64,000 nt of DNA from Actinomycetes bacterium (GTDB lineage Bacteria; Actinomycetota; Acidimicrobiia; Acidimicrobiales; Bog-793), in assembly GCA_021796535.1 (NCBI GenBank), contig JAKABW010000005.1, positions 75,672 through 139,671 on the forward strand. Direction: 5' to 3'. Made by a program: the position numbers and the translations under genes. This document shows positions 33,913-44,717 of this stretch, piece after piece. Position 1 is the stretch's first letter, and every line of letters begins with the position of its first letter. The notes beneath the pieces were generated by a model. It had not been told where the DNA came from and did not search any database. It was given only the letters and a program-made list of their open reading frames with translations.

Positions 33913-34551
33913 TCAGTCCATGTCCTGGTCAAATAAGCGCTCTTCGTCCAAGAAGTCTTTGGCCTGAGGCAAATCTTTGGCCGCCGGTTCTTTCTCTATG
34001 TTCGGCAGGGTAGCCGTCAGTCTTTCCCTTCCGGCGGCGACGGTTTGTTTGGTCTTGTCAAGCACAATTTCAAAAGCGGCCAACTTCCTGTCGACATAGT
34101 CTTCCGCCTCATGCCTGATCCGTCTGGCCACCGCTTGGGCGTCCTCCACCAAGCGGTCCGCATGGTGACGCGCCTGGCGGGCAATTTCGGTTCTTTGCAC
34201 CAAAAAGGCGGCCTGCGTGCGCGCCTCGTCGATGAGTTCTTCCGCTTCCCGCTCGGCAGCCCGGCGCAAAGCTTCGTTTTCCATCAGCAACCGTTTGGAG
34301 AAAGTGATCTCGTCTGGTAAAACTTCTTTTGCGCTTACGATCAGCGCCCTTATTTCTTCTCTGTTGATCATCACCGAAGAGGAAAGCGGCATTGCCTTCG
34401 CATGCTCCACCATATCCAAAAGGGCATCCAGGATGTCCTCTATGGAAGGAGGATCCTCATAATCTTCGTCGTTTCCGGCATCGCCGTCGAGATCACCTTC
34501 ATAAGAGTCGGCATCATCACGGGGATAATCTTCGTTATTATGTCTGGGCAT
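33913..34551 (-). CDS. Coiled-coil protein resembling the actinobacterial Rv2927c/SepIVA (DivIVA-like) family, with an acidic N-terminal tail
   Basis: ILDALLDMVEHAKAMPLSSSVMINREEIRALI...DYVDRKLAAFEIVLDKT matches my recollection of the SepIVA family blocks. The position next to yceD and rnc-fpg fits the mycobacterial gene order. This call rests on memory only. Confidence 0.5.
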   Translation of the reverse strand: MPRHNNEDYPRDDADSYEGDLDGDAGNDEDYEDPPSIEDILDALLDMVEHAKAMPLSSSVMINREEIRALIVSAKEVLPDEITFSKRLLMENEALRRAAEREAEELIDEARTQAAFLVQRTEIARQARHHADRLVEDAQAVARRIRHEAEDYVDRKLAAFEIVLDKTKQTVAAGRERLTATLPNIEKEPAAKDLPQAKDFLDEERLFDQDMD

Positions 34552-35023
34552 TAAATTTCACCTCAAAGCGTTTAGCAACGATACTAGGCACAAAACCGCT
34601 TACATCGCCGCCAAATCTGGCAATTTCTCTTATCAGCCTGGAGGAGATAAAAGAGTGGGCGGAGCCCGTCGGCACGAAAAGCGTTTCGATTCCGGATAAG
34701 TGGTTATTCATCTGTGCCATTTGCAATTCCGATTCAAAATCGGAAACGGCGCGCAAACCTCTCACGATTACGTCGGCCCTGAGCGATCTCGCCAAATCGA
34801 CCACCAACACGGACATGGCAACCACTTCGACGTTGCCGAGATGACAAACGCAGTCTTTCACCATTTCCGTTCTTTCGTCAATTTGGAAAACGGGTTCCGC
34901 TTTTTGTGGATTGCGCAGTACGGCCACAAACAATTTGTCAAATATCTTGCACGCCCGTTCGATGACTTCCAAGTGACCGTTGTGTATCGGATCAAAAGAA
35001 CCCGGGAAAATAGCTGTAGCCAA
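34538..35023 (-). CDS. coaD: Phosphopantetheine adenylyltransferase
   Basis: AIFPGSFDPIHNGHLEVIERA. The ORF track extends to 35140, but a TTG at 35023 preceded by GGAG gives a typical 161-aa CoaD and avoids overlapping rsmD. Confidence 0.88.
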   Translation of the reverse strand: MATAIFPGSFDPIHNGHLEVIERACKIFDKLFVAVLRNPQKAEPVFQIDERTEMVKDCVCHLGNVEVVAMSVLVVDLARSLRADVIVRGLRAVSDFESELQMAQMNNHLSGIETLFVPTGSAHSFISSRLIREIARFGGDVSGFVPSIVAKRFEVKFNAQT

Positions 35024-35034
35024 CCTGCTCCTAT

Positions 35035-35610
35035 CTAAAGTACTTCCGTCGTGATGACATGTTTGGCATCGTCGGATTTTTTTGACCCGATCACAGTCAC
35101 CACGCTGATACCGTACGCGTAAGTCTTCAGTGTTTCCCACCCCTCCGGCGGAATAACCTCTCTATCAGATTCTAAAACAGCCAATTGACAATGTAAAGCA
35201 TTTAATACTTTGTCCCACATCAAAAATTTATAAGGAGGGTCGCAAAAAGCCACATCGAAGACTTCCCCGGATTCCCTGAGATAAGAAACGGCGTCAGATT
35301 TGATCACCTTGACCGCAGCGCTCTTTGCCGCATCCAGATTCTTGAGATTTTGCCTCACGGTTTCCAAAGAATCGTGAGCCGTATCGACAAAAACCGCTTC
35401 GGCGGCTCCCCTGGAGATGGCTTCTATGCCGAAGGCTCCGGAACCGGCAAACAGGTCCAAAACTTTTTTGCCCGCAAGATCAGTTCTGGAAGCCAGGATA
35501 TTAAAGATCGCCTCCCGCGTCCGGTCAGAAGTCGGTCTGACTGCGGATGTTTTGGGCACGGCGAGACGCCGCCCGCCGTATTCGCCGCCGATTACCCGTA
35601 TCATCATCAA
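35035..35610 (-). CDS. rsmD: 16S rRNA (guanine966-N2)-methyltransferase RsmD
   Basis: RVIGGEYGGRRL, RPTSDRTREAIFNIL, VLDLFAGSGAFGIEA and CDPPY. Confidence 0.88.
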   Translation of the reverse strand: MMMIRVIGGEYGGRRLAVPKTSAVRPTSDRTREAIFNILASRTDLAGKKVLDLFAGSGAFGIEAISRGAAEAVFVDTAHDSLETVRQNLKNLDAAKSAAVKVIKSDAVSYLRESGEVFDVAFCDPPYKFLMWDKVLNALHCQLAVLESDREVIPPEGWETLKTYAYGISVVTVIGSKKSDDAKHVITTEVL

Positions 35611-37925
35611 TTCCTGGTAAGGTACTCGGCTTGTTCGTCTTGGATCATCAGGCTGATTTCTTCTTCCAAAAGACTCATATGTCCGACACAGTCCGGAGAC
35701 GCCATAAGTTCCTTGGCGGTTTCCCTCGCCAAAGCGATCAGCCGGTAGTCCCTGCGCAGAGAAGCCAGTTTGAAACCGTTTCTGCCTTTCTGATTGCTTC
35801 CGAGGATCATGCCTTCGCCGCGGATGGCCAGGTCCGCTTCCGACAAGGAAAACCCGTCCTGGGTCGACACCAAGGCTTCCAGGCGCTTCTCGGCATCTTC
35901 GGTGATCTCTTCACCCGTGATAAGGCAGCAGTAAGACTGCAGGCTGTTTCTCCCGACCCTGCCCCTCAGCTGATGCAATTGGGAAATACCGAACCTGTCC
36001 GCGTTGAGAACGACCATTACGGTGGCGGAGGGGACGTCCACGCCGACTTCGATGACGGTGGTGGCTATCATCACATTTGTCTTTCGGGCACGGAAGTCAT
36101 TTATTTGCGCCTCTTTTTCCGCCGAAGTCATTCTCCCGTGCAAAAAACCGACTTCCAAACCGGCAAAAACACCGGCGGAAAGCTTCTCTTTGAGTTCCAT
36201 AACGGCATTCAAATTCGTCGCGGCAATCCGCCTTCGTCCGCCGACGGGGCTTTCTTCGTCTTCAAACAGAAAATCCTCTTCGCCCCCGTCTCCGGAAGCG
36301 CCGTCTCCGGTCATACAGTCTTCGATATCCTCATCGCCGTCAAAAGACGTGTCGCCGCCCTCAACCAAAGGACACACTATATAGGCCTGGTTCCCTTTCC
36401 CGACTTCTTCCAAAACTTTTTCGTAGGCCGTCTTCTCCGCTCCTTCCCCCCTCAGAAAAACCGTCTCGATCGGCAAACGCCCCTTCGGCAATTCCCCCAT
36501 CACCGTTTGGTTCAGATCGCCGTAAGCGGTCATGGCCACCGTCCTCGGAATGGGGGTGGCCGTCATGAACAAGACATCCGGATCACTGCCCGCACCTTTG
36601 GAACGCAGGACTTCTCTTTGATCCACGCCGAAACGGTGCTGCTCGTCTATCACCGCCACCCCCAAAGCGGAAAAGACAACGTCTTCCGTGAGCAGGGCAT
36701 GCGTTCCGATGAGTATATCTATATTGCCATTCGCCAGATCGTTGAGTATCTTGGTCCGCGAAGCCGCCGCTGTATTGCCTGTGAGAAGCTCCGCTCTGAG
36801 GGGCCGGGTGGGGAACAGGCCTTCTTTTGCTTCCCGCTCCAGACCGGCGGTGAACCCGAGGGCCGCGATATAGTGCTGTTCCGCCAGAACTTCCGTGGGA
36901 ACCATCATAACCCCCTGGTATCCGAAATCCAGACCGTAAAGGAGAGCGGTCAGAGCCACCACCGTTTTCCCGCTCCCCACGTCTCCCTGCAACAGACGGT
37001 TCATCGGATAGGGAGATACCAGATCCCGATAGATATCGTCTATCGCTTTTTGCTGGGCACCGGTCAAAGAGAACGGCAGAGCCGACAAAAACTTGTTGAC
37101 CAGAGTCTTTTCCCCGGAAGTGTCGTATTTGTTTTTTTTGGCTTCGGCGATTATCTTTTGTCTTCTCTCCAACAGCTTTACCTGCAACCGCAAAATTTCG
37201 TCGAACGCCAACCTGTTTCTGGCAAGTTCTTTTTCCGCCTCCGTCCCGGGAAAGTGTATCCAGCCCAGTGCCCTTGTACGCGACGGCAACTTCAGTCTTT
37301 TCAGTATCCGTTCCGGCACGGGATCGAGAAACTCTCCCGAGCGCTTCAGGGCCTCGGCCATAAAAATGGAAATGTCGTTGGAAGTCAGATCGGCCTTGGA
37401 ACTCATCCTGTAGACGGGCACTATCCGCCCGGTGGCTTTGTAGTCGCGTCCGTGCTCTCCGAGCACTTCCGCCACCGGGTTTGCCATTTGCCAATACCCT
37501 TTGTAAAGGGAGGCTTTTCCGAAAACCTCCGCGTGAACCCCGGTCACCAACTTCTTTTGCAACCAGGGCTGATTGAAAAAGGTCGTCGTTATCAAACCGG
37601 TGCCGTCGCTTATTTTGACGGAAAAAAGCGAACGTCCGCCGCCCAGTCTTCGGAAATTGGCCGCTTTTACCGTGCCTGAGAGGAGGACTTCTTCCCCTTC
37701 TTCGATCTGGGTTATGGAACGGGGCTTATCCCTGTCGATCCACTTTCTCGGATAAAAAGTTACCATATCCAAGATGTTGAATATCCCGAGCCTGGCGAGC
37801 GCCTGCTGTTTTTTGGGACCCACCCCTTTTAATTCCGCTACGCTTACTTTTTCAAGGCGCGCCAAATGCCTTCCTGCGGCATTGCTGATCTCATATTTCT
37901 CACTTGAGCTACCTTCGGCACGCAT
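35607..37925 (-). CDS. recG: ATP-dependent DNA helicase RecG
   Basis: 772 aa with a wedge domain and a helicase core: LLQGDVGSGKT, DEQHRFG and the TATPIPRT motif. It overlaps the rsmD start by 4 nt. Confidence 0.93.
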   Translation of the reverse strand: MRAEGSSSEKYEISNAAGRHLARLEKVSVAELKGVGPKKQQALARLGIFNILDMVTFYPRKWIDRDKPRSITQIEEGEEVLLSGTVKAANFRRLGGGRSLFSVKISDGTGLITTTFFNQPWLQKKLVTGVHAEVFGKASLYKGYWQMANPVAEVLGEHGRDYKATGRIVPVYRMSSKADLTSNDISIFMAEALKRSGEFLDPVPERILKRLKLPSRTRALGWIHFPGTEAEKELARNRLAFDEILRLQVKLLERRQKIIAEAKKNKYDTSGEKTLVNKFLSALPFSLTGAQQKAIDDIYRDLVSPYPMNRLLQGDVGSGKTVVALTALLYGLDFGYQGVMMVPTEVLAEQHYIAALGFTAGLEREAKEGLFPTRPLRAELLTGNTAAASRTKILNDLANGNIDILIGTHALLTEDVVFSALGVAVIDEQHRFGVDQREVLRSKGAGSDPDVLFMTATPIPRTVAMTAYGDLNQTVMGELPKGRLPIETVFLRGEGAEKTAYEKVLEEVGKGNQAYIVCPLVEGGDTSFDGDEDIEDCMTGDGASGDGGEEDFLFEDEESPVGGRRRIAATNLNAVMELKEKLSAGVFAGLEVGFLHGRMTSAEKEAQINDFRARKTNVMIATTVIEVGVDVPSATVMVVLNADRFGISQLHQLRGRVGRNSLQSYCCLITGEEITEDAEKRLEALVSTQDGFSLSEADLAIRGEGMILGSNQKGRNGFKLASLRRDYRLIALARETAKELMASPDCVGHMSLLEEEISLMIQDEQAEYLTRN

Positions 37926-38014
37926 CCCGACCCTTGAAAAACAAAATAAGGTTCAGACCTTATGATTCTAACACCAAAGAGCTTTCCCGTCGAAACGCTC
38001 TTTGGGCAAAAGCT

Positions 38015-39853
38015 TTACTCCACGGCCACCAAGTAGTTGTAAACCGGCTGACCGCCTTTCAGACGCTCCAAGGCGACGCCTGGATATTTTTCTTCCAGCC
38101 AGTCCTTGAGGGCGCGCGAAGAAGATTCATCGTAGGAAATGCCCTCCAAAACGGTCGCCAATTCGCTCTCTTCGTCTATCAGATAGTCCACCAGGCCGAT
38201 CAGCACTCCGCTCAGGGTTTTTCCGGCAACCACAATCCCGGCCGGCTTGGCTATTCCGATATAGTCACCTTTTTGTATCACAATCCCGCCAAAAATACTG
38301 TCCCTGACGGCGGAGGTGACCTCGCCGGATTTTACCTTTTTCATGGCCAGCGACATGTGTTCCAAGTTTTCCTCGCCCGTCGCCATGGGATCGAAATCAA
38401 CCAATGCCGACAGAGCTTCCTGAACGCATCCGGTCGGCAGGACGTAGGCGTTGGTATCCGGGTCCTCCAGAAGTCCGACCGCCTGATTGGCCACCGAAAC
38501 TATATTGGGGTTATTCGGCAGGACAATGACGTCTTGACCTTTAAAAGAAGACACCGCGTCCAAAATATCTTTTGTGGAAGGGTTCATGCTCTGAAAACCG
38601 GGAATGATCTTGGCCACACCCAAAGAAAGGAGAAGCCTGTTCACGCCTTCCCCCATGGAAACGGCTACCGCCGCCGTTTTGGAGTAAGAATGTTCCGGAG
38701 AGTCGATAATTGCGCCGCCGGAAAGAGACGGATCCGCCTGGTGCCCCGCCAACGCCTGGACCACCCAGGTTTCTTCTCTCATGCCGGCGGAAATGCCTTC
38801 CTCCGGGGCTTTTGAAACCTCCGAGACTTCATCCAGAAGATAGGTAACCCTGATTTGGCGGGGACGCCCTATGTCGAGAGCGGCCTCCACTGCCGCCCCG
38901 GCGTCATCGGTATGAACATGGCAATTGTAAAGACCGTCTCCGCCCACAACGACTATGGAGTCTCCGATAAAGTCGAGGGCCCGACGAAAGCCGCGGATGG
39001 CCTCGTCCGGTGCTTCCAACAGGTACATCACCTCGAAGCGCAATTCCGCCAGACCGGGACTCACCTCTTCGCCGGTGAAATCCTCTGCCTGTGGCGCGGC
39101 TTTGCCGATGTCGCCGGCGATTCTTGTCGAGGTGGCCTCCGGAAGGCAAAGGGCGGGAATCTCCCCGTCCAAATACGAGGCCAGCAGACTGGCGTAAAAA
39201 AGAGTGAGACCGGCTCCGCCGGAATCCACGATGCCGGCTTTTTTCAAAACCTCCAACTGGTTGGGAGTTTCCGCCAAGGCCGCCCGAGATCCGGCCAAGG
39301 CCGACTCCAGGACTTCTGCCAGGTCCGGATCTTTCTCTCCCGAGCCGACTGTTTTTTCGACGGCCGAAGCAGCTCCGGCCGCCACTGACAAAATGGTTCC
39401 TTTGACCGGTTTTTGCACCGCCCGCCAGGCCGCATCCGCCGAATTGCGGATCGCCGCGGCCATTGCGGGGGCCTCGACGGCACCGGCTTCGGCGCAGGTG
39501 TCGGCAAAAGCCCTTAGAATCTGACACAGGATGACGCCGGAATTGCCTCTGGCCCCCATGAGGGCGCCGCGCGCGATGCCCTTGCACAAATCCGCCGTGT
39601 TCAATTCGTTTATTTTTTCGTCCCGGATGTCCGTCACGGAATTGTCTTTCAAAAAAGCTTCCGCCGCCGAAAAAGCTTCTTTGACGGTGGCGGCCATGTT
39701 GGAACCGGTATCGCCGTCCGGAACGGGAAACACATTCAAGGCGTTGATGACGGCCGATTCGGCGGAAAGCGACTCAGAAAAAAAATGCAAAGCTTTCAGC
39801 AGGTGACGATTGGTAAATATACCCGTCGCATCGTCTTTGGTTTTCACTGTCAT
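38015..39853 (-). CDS. DAK2 domain fusion protein (YloV-like)
   Basis: The N-terminal PVPDGDTGSNM is the Dak phosphatase-domain motif. The 612-aa length, the position upstream of recG and the divergence from rpmB match the conserved Terrabacteria arrangement. Confidence 0.85.
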   Translation of the reverse strand: MTVKTKDDATGIFTNRHLLKALHFFSESLSAESAVINALNVFPVPDGDTGSNMAATVKEAFSAAEAFLKDNSVTDIRDEKINELNTADLCKGIARGALMGARGNSGVILCQILRAFADTCAEAGAVEAPAMAAAIRNSADAAWRAVQKPVKGTILSVAAGAASAVEKTVGSGEKDPDLAEVLESALAGSRAALAETPNQLEVLKKAGIVDSGGAGLTLFYASLLASYLDGEIPALCLPEATSTRIAGDIGKAAPQAEDFTGEEVSPGLAELRFEVMYLLEAPDEAIRGFRRALDFIGDSIVVVGGDGLYNCHVHTDDAGAAVEAALDIGRPRQIRVTYLLDEVSEVSKAPEEGISAGMREETWVVQALAGHQADPSLSGGAIIDSPEHSYSKTAAVAVSMGEGVNRLLLSLGVAKIIPGFQSMNPSTKDILDAVSSFKGQDVIVLPNNPNIVSVANQAVGLLEDPDTNAYVLPTGCVQEALSALVDFDPMATGEENLEHMSLAMKKVKSGEVTSAVRDSIFGGIVIQKGDYIGIAKPAGIVVAGKTLSGVLIGLVDYLIDEESELATVLEGISYDESSSRALKDWLEEKYPGVALERLKGGQPVYNYLVAVE

Positions 39854-40075
39854 TTTTCAGCCCGACTTCCGCGGGACCCCGTGTCCCGTAAGGTATTTTA
39901 CGCATTATAAGCTACAGCAAGAAACTTTTAATATATAATCTAAAAACTAAGATCGTATCATAAAAGTACGAAAACAGCTCCCTTTGTTGACACCCGGACA
40001 AAGAATGGCTTTAGCGACGCTAAAGTAGGCTATAGTGATAGGGTTCAATGAATTTTGAGAAAGGTACGTAGATAA

Positions 40076-40291
40076 ATGGCTGCCGTATGTGACCTGTGCG
40101 GAAAAGGACCCGGCTTCGGAATGAACGTGTCCCACTCCCATCGTCGGACAAAGAGAAGATTTAACCCCAACATACAAAGAGTCAGAGCCCTTATCAAAGG
40201 TACCTCCACGCACATCAACGTCTGCACCTCTTGCATCAGAGCCGGCAAAGTACAAAAGCCGCCCGTAAGAAACGCTTCTCTTTACAGATAA
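40076..40291 (+). CDS. rpmB: 50S ribosomal protein L28 (Cys-containing form)
   Basis: [34 protein letters not shown]. Confidence 0.9.
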   Translation: MAAVCDLCGKGPGFGMNVSHSHRRTKRRFNPNIQRVRALIKGTSTHINVCTSCIRAGKVQKPPVRNASLYR

Positions 40292-40332
40292 ACACTTTTC
40301 CGCTTCACAAGGAGCACATGTTTGGAGACCCG

Positions 40333-41337
40333 CTAGTCCCCAAACATGTGTTGAAATCCGCGTATTTCCACGGGCTCTCCCCTGTAAAGCCTGATTTTTT
40401 CCTCCCCCACGCACTTGCCGATCCGAAGGGGAGCGGGAAGACCGCGCGATAAAAACGTCTCCTCCACCTTGGCCGCGTCTTTGGCCGTAAAAAGCAGTTC
40501 GTAGTCATCCCCGCCGTAAAGGGCGTCTTCGGCATCGGCCAGTTCGTGCCGCGGACAGAGGTCCAACTCCGTGCCGACGCCGGAAGCCTTGGCCAAACGG
40601 TCCAAATCCACCAAGAGACCGTCCGATAAGTCCATCATTGCGGTGGCTCCCGCCGCTTTGGCCGCCAAGCCGGAACCGACTTTTGCTTCGGGCCGACGAT
40701 GTCTGGCCGCCGCCGCGTTTTGACAATTGTGATCATCCGTAAGATAACGCAGTCCGGCATATCCGGCACCCAGCGGTCCTGTGACAAAAATCAGGTCTCC
40801 GGCCGACGCCCCGGACCTCAAAACCGGCGGTCCCAGCGAAGTGGCCAGAATGGCCACGGAAATAAAAATCTCATTCGCATAGGACAGGTCCCCGCCGACC
40901 AGCGGGCAAGAATACTTGTCCGCGGCTTCTTTGATGCCGCGCGATATCGCCTCCGCCGCCCGTCCGCCGGGGACGGCAAGAGAGACGATGGCCCTGTACG
41001 CCACGGCGCCCATTGCGGCCGCATCGCTGACGTTCACACTGACCGCCTTATATCCGATGTCTTCGAAAGAAGAAAACCTCGTGTCAAAATGCACGTTTTC
41101 CGCCAAACAGTCACTGGCAAAAAGCAGGTACTTTTCCGCGCCGGCCGCGATGCCTGGATCTTCTTCCCGGCCGGCGGATACCCCGCCGGAATACGCCCCT
41201 TCCGGGCTCCAAAACGGTACTTTCCCGAGAGGAAATACCGCCATATCGTCTCCGGCCCATACTTCGCCCGGCGGAGCCGGAGGAAATAAATCAAGTATTT
41301 TTTTCAAAAGGTCGTTTTCCGCCGTGGCATCCGGCAT
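40333..41337 (-). CDS. thiL: Thiamine-monophosphate kinase
   Basis: GDDMAVF and the AIR-synthase-like fold blocks (VSVNVSDAAAMGA, PLVGGDLS). The ORF opens at 41475, but the Met at 41337 gives a typical length and avoids overlap with the divergent gene. Confidence 0.8.
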   Translation of the reverse strand: MPDATAENDLLKKILDLFPPAPPGEVWAGDDMAVFPLGKVPFWSPEGAYSGGVSAGREEDPGIAAGAEKYLLFASDCLAENVHFDTRFSSFEDIGYKAVSVNVSDAAAMGAVAYRAIVSLAVPGGRAAEAISRGIKEAADKYSCPLVGGDLSYANEIFISVAILATSLGPPVLRSGASAGDLIFVTGPLGAGYAGLRYLTDDHNCQNAAAARHRRPEAKVGSGLAAKAAGATAMMDLSDGLLVDLDRLAKASGVGTELDLCPRHELADAEDALYGGDDYELLFTAKDAAKVEETFLSRGLPAPLRIGKCVGEEKIRLYRGEPVEIRGFQHMFGD

Positions 41338-41446
41338 TGGGCCCTCCGTTTCGATAGGTTGAAAACTTTTTCTCCCGCCGGGAATTTCCCGGCCAAAATT
41401 TTTTAGGTGCGGGCACGCGTCCGTACCGAGCTGTATTGTATAGCCA

Positions 41447-42328
41447 ATGAGAATAGCAAACATAGCGACCGACAAAGGACCGAGACTCTGCGTTAAAGGA
41501 AAGAATGGCTATACGGACATCGCCGAGGCCCTCAACGCGACGGAGCGGGTCGACATAAAATCACTTTTTACAAACGCCAAATTGCTGGCCGCAGCGGGCG
41601 AACTGGGTACGGAAGAGGGGACCGTTTACCCGGAGAGATCTTTTTTGGCAATCGTAACCGAGCCAACCAAAATACTTTGTCTGGGTTTAAACTACAAAGC
41701 CCATGCCAAGCAGATGGGTAAAAAAGCGGCACTTTTTTGGCCGGAGATTTTTTTGCGACACCAAAAGACGATCGTCGGTCCGCATGAAGACCTTATCAAG
41801 CCCTATCTCAGCCGACAGTTTCAATTCGAAGGCGAACTCGGGATTGTCATCGGCAAAGGGGGACGTTTTATCAAAGAAAATGAGGCGGCGGATGCCATAG
41901 CGGGTTTTGTGGCGATAAACGACGCCACGGCCAGAGAATGGCAGCTGGCAACCAGCCAATGGACCTGCGGAAAAAACTTCGACGCCACTTTTCCGGTCAG
42001 TTCGGAAATGCTCACCGCCGACGAAACTGATCCCATGAACCTCTCCATCCGCACGACCGTCAACGGCAACACGGTGCAGGACAGCAACACCTCAGAAATG
42101 ATCCTGAATGTCAGGAGGGCCGTCGAATTTCTTTCGGGTATCTGCCGCCTGAATCCGGGCGACATCATCGCCACCGGGACTCCGGCAATCCTACCGGGCC
42201 CCTCTGAGGACTTGCTGTATCTGAAAGACGGCGACAGTGTCGGCGTCGTCATACAAGACGTAGGAGAGATAACCCATAAGGTAAGAGAAGAGGCCCCCGC
42301 CCCCGGCGGCTGGCCCTGGATCCCGTAA
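41447..42328 (+). CDS. Fumarylacetoacetate hydrolase (FAH) family protein
   Basis: ILCLGLNYKAHAKQMG, FEGELGIVIGK and PGDIIATGTP. Confidence 0.85.
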   Translation: MRIANIATDKGPRLCVKGKNGYTDIAEALNATERVDIKSLFTNAKLLAAAGELGTEEGTVYPERSFLAIVTEPTKILCLGLNYKAHAKQMGKKAALFWPEIFLRHQKTIVGPHEDLIKPYLSRQFQFEGELGIVIGKGGRFIKENEAADAIAGFVAINDATAREWQLATSQWTCGKNFDATFPVSSEMLTADETDPMNLSIRTTVNGNTVQDSNTSEMILNVRRAVEFLSGICRLNPGDIIATGTPAILPGPSEDLLYLKDGDSVGVVIQDVGEITHKVREEAPAPGGWPWIP

Positions 42329-42357
42329 TGCCTGTGCATCCTATTTGATGACTCTGT

Positions 42358-44700
42358 TCAGACTCCGATAAGGTTATCGGCTTCCAACAGATAGAGAGGG
42401 TCCGCAAACCACTCGGGAAATTTCGTGCCCGGACCCATAATTCCCAGTTCCCGCCGCATCTCATCGGCGGGCAGAGGTCTGCCGACCTCCCTGGCACAGT
42501 GATAGGCCAGCAAATAAAAATCCGGATTGAACATATAAGATCCGCATCCCCGCAAAGCCGTCTCCAAGGCGTCTTCAAAACGACCCAGGCCCATCAAAGC
42601 CACGATAACCCAACGCAACATCACCGCATTGTGCTTTGAGGCGTCTCCGGAGCTTTCAAACGCGGAAACGGCCCGGAGGTAATCGCCTTTTGCCAGTGCC
42701 AGGACCGCCGGATGCGTCTGCTTCGGGAAAAGTTCCGATGAAGCGTAAGAGCCGAGATACAGCTTGGTCAGTTTTCCTCCGTATCGTTCTTTTGCCTCTT
42801 CGTTCGCGGCAATAACTTCCCAGGAAACGTTTCTGATCCCGCCCACCACTTTCCTGGCGACGGGTACGGCCAAGGCGTAAAAGTTTCTTTGACCGAGTCT
42901 GGCCGCCGCCAAAGAGGCCTCTTCCCGATTCCACTCCAGCGCATCCAAGTTGAGCCTTAAATGTGTCTCCGGCGACAAGAGCTTTATTTTGTATTTCCCG
43001 TCCGGCGTTTCTTCCGTCTCAAAACCTGTCTCTTGCTTTGCCGCCGCGATGGAAGCCGAGAGCGAGTCTTTGCGGTTCCGCAGAACCGGTTCCCCCTGTT
43101 CCGGCCCTTCCCCGGCCTCCTCCTTACGGCAGGTATCGGCCAGCGTGACAAACAGTCTCAAATAGGCATCGCGTAGGCGCTCCCACTCATAGGTTTCGGC
43201 TGTAATCAGGCCGCCCTTTTGCAGCCTGGAGACCAGGTTTTCGTCACCCAAGACCCTCTTGATCAAATCGACGGCTGACTTGGCATCCGCTATCGGCCCA
43301 AGCATGGCATTGTCGCCGTGACGGGCAAAATCCACTATTCCACAGTGATCGCTGGAAACCACCGGCACGCCTCCCGCCATCGCCATCAGCGCGTATACGG
43401 CAAAATTGGCTCCTTTGTCCACCGAAACATAGATATGAGCCCTGGCATAAAGCGCTGCCAGCGCTTCCGGGGATGTGACGGGCATTACCAAAACGCGCTC
43501 GGAAAGTGAGCTTACCTCTCCCTTGACGGCCGCCACAACTCGGACATCCGTTCCGCCGAGCATTTCTGCTACCTTATTTATGATTTCCACGGAGGAAAGA
43601 GGCGATTCCCGTTCCAAAACAAAAAGCAGTTTTTTGCCGGACACCCCGGTGAAATCCTCCGTCGTATCCCCGTTATCGTCTCCAGCCGCAGTCTCTCCCA
43701 AAACGACACCGGGTTCCTCTGCTTCTTCAACGTTTTCCGTTACCAAAGACTCATTGGACTCACGCATCATAAAGTGGTAAGAAAAATCAAACCTTTCTTT
43801 TCCAAACACCCCGTTTTTCCTATAAAAACTGTTTCTTTGCATATGCCAAAAGTTGTCGTCGGAATCGACAAGGGTGCCGTCGGCGTTGAGGTCTTTTAAG
43901 CCCTTCTTTTCCCCTTCTCTAAAAAACGATGGATTGTGCTTTTGTGTGTCAAAAAGTTTGCCGTCGATGCCCAGCGGCATCGTAACAATATTTAAGCCAT
44001 ACTCTTGCGATAATTTTTTATGGATGCGGCTGTTAAAACAAATCGTCAAATCGGCACAATTGAATGCGGAAGCCATCAACAATTTTTCTTTTATGTCAAT
44101 TTCAGGATACAAATAATCGTCTTCGCACGCAAAATACACCAGGGGAATATCAAAAAATGTTTTTATCGCCCTGAGCATGGAGTATGTGCCGCATACGATA
44201 AGGCTGCAATCGGGAATCACGGAAAGCGGGTCGCCCGCCAAACCCACTTGCCGGTAATCCATATTTTCCGGTATTACGGATGGTCGCGGGAGACGGGCTA
44301 TCACGGTTGTCTTTATTCCGAGCAGAAACATCTGCGCGGCCAGTTCCGCCAAGGATTCAAAAGCCGCGGATGCACTGAGTTCATCCGTAACAAACGTCAT
44401 CGACAGAGAAAAATACCCGTGATTTTGTGCGGAATCCGACGGATCCGATGTCTTTAAAAGATGCAGATCCGGTTTTGGCTCCGTTTTGCCGGACGGTATG
44501 GCACGGTTTGAGAAACTCACCGTCTCCGTGACAAAAGCGTCCTTTGTTTTTGCAAATGCTTCGGCGAAAAGACGTCTTTTTGTCATGTCCGCCGAATAGG
44601 CCTTGTTTAAGGCAAGCGCCGTCATTGCCTGCCGCCTGCTTTTTTGGTACTTATCCAATACTTCTTGTATACTCGGACAATTGTTTACTTTATTTTGCAT
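42358..44700 (-). CDS. Large GT-B (GT4-like) glycosyltransferase with a C-terminal helical-repeat (TPR-like) region
   Basis: 780 aa. The central block YALMAMAGGVPVVSSDHCGIVDFARHGDNAMLGP is the typical GT1/GT4 C-terminal nucleotide-sugar block. The last 200 aa or so are helical. Confidence 0.6.
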   Translation of the reverse strand: MQNKVNNCPSIQEVLDKYQKSRRQAMTALALNKAYSADMTKRRLFAEAFAKTKDAFVTETVSFSNRAIPSGKTEPKPDLHLLKTSDPSDSAQNHGYFSLSMTFVTDELSASAAFESLAELAAQMFLLGIKTTVIARLPRPSVIPENMDYRQVGLAGDPLSVIPDCSLIVCGTYSMLRAIKTFFDIPLVYFACEDDYLYPEIDIKEKLLMASAFNCADLTICFNSRIHKKLSQEYGLNIVTMPLGIDGKLFDTQKHNPSFFREGEKKGLKDLNADGTLVDSDDNFWHMQRNSFYRKNGVFGKERFDFSYHFMMRESNESLVTENVEEAEEPGVVLGETAAGDDNGDTTEDFTGVSGKKLLFVLERESPLSSVEIINKVAEMLGGTDVRVVAAVKGEVSSLSERVLVMPVTSPEALAALYARAHIYVSVDKGANFAVYALMAMAGGVPVVSSDHCGIVDFARHGDNAMLGPIADAKSAVDLIKRVLGDENLVSRLQKGGLITAETYEWERLRDAYLRLFVTLADTCRKEEAGEGPEQGEPVLRNRKDSLSASIAAAKQETGFETEETPDGKYKIKLLSPETHLRLNLDALEWNREEASLAAARLGQRNFYALAVPVARKVVGGIRNVSWEVIAANEEAKERYGGKLTKLYLGSYASSELFPKQTHPAVLALAKGDYLRAVSAFESSGDASKHNAVMLRWVIVALMGLGRFEDALETALRGCGSYMFNPDFYLLAYHCAREVGRPLPADEMRRELGIMGPGTKFPEWFADPLYLLEADNLIGV

Positions 44701-44717
44701 GCTTTCCTTAAAGAATT

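Noticed and set aside
35547-37679. 710-aa plus-strand ORF, the longest non-annotated ORF in the track
   Set aside because: It lies entirely antisense to recG, whose helicase motifs are unambiguous. Its translation is Arg/Gly/Pro-rich with no motifs. This is a typical shadow ORF of GC-rich coding DNA.
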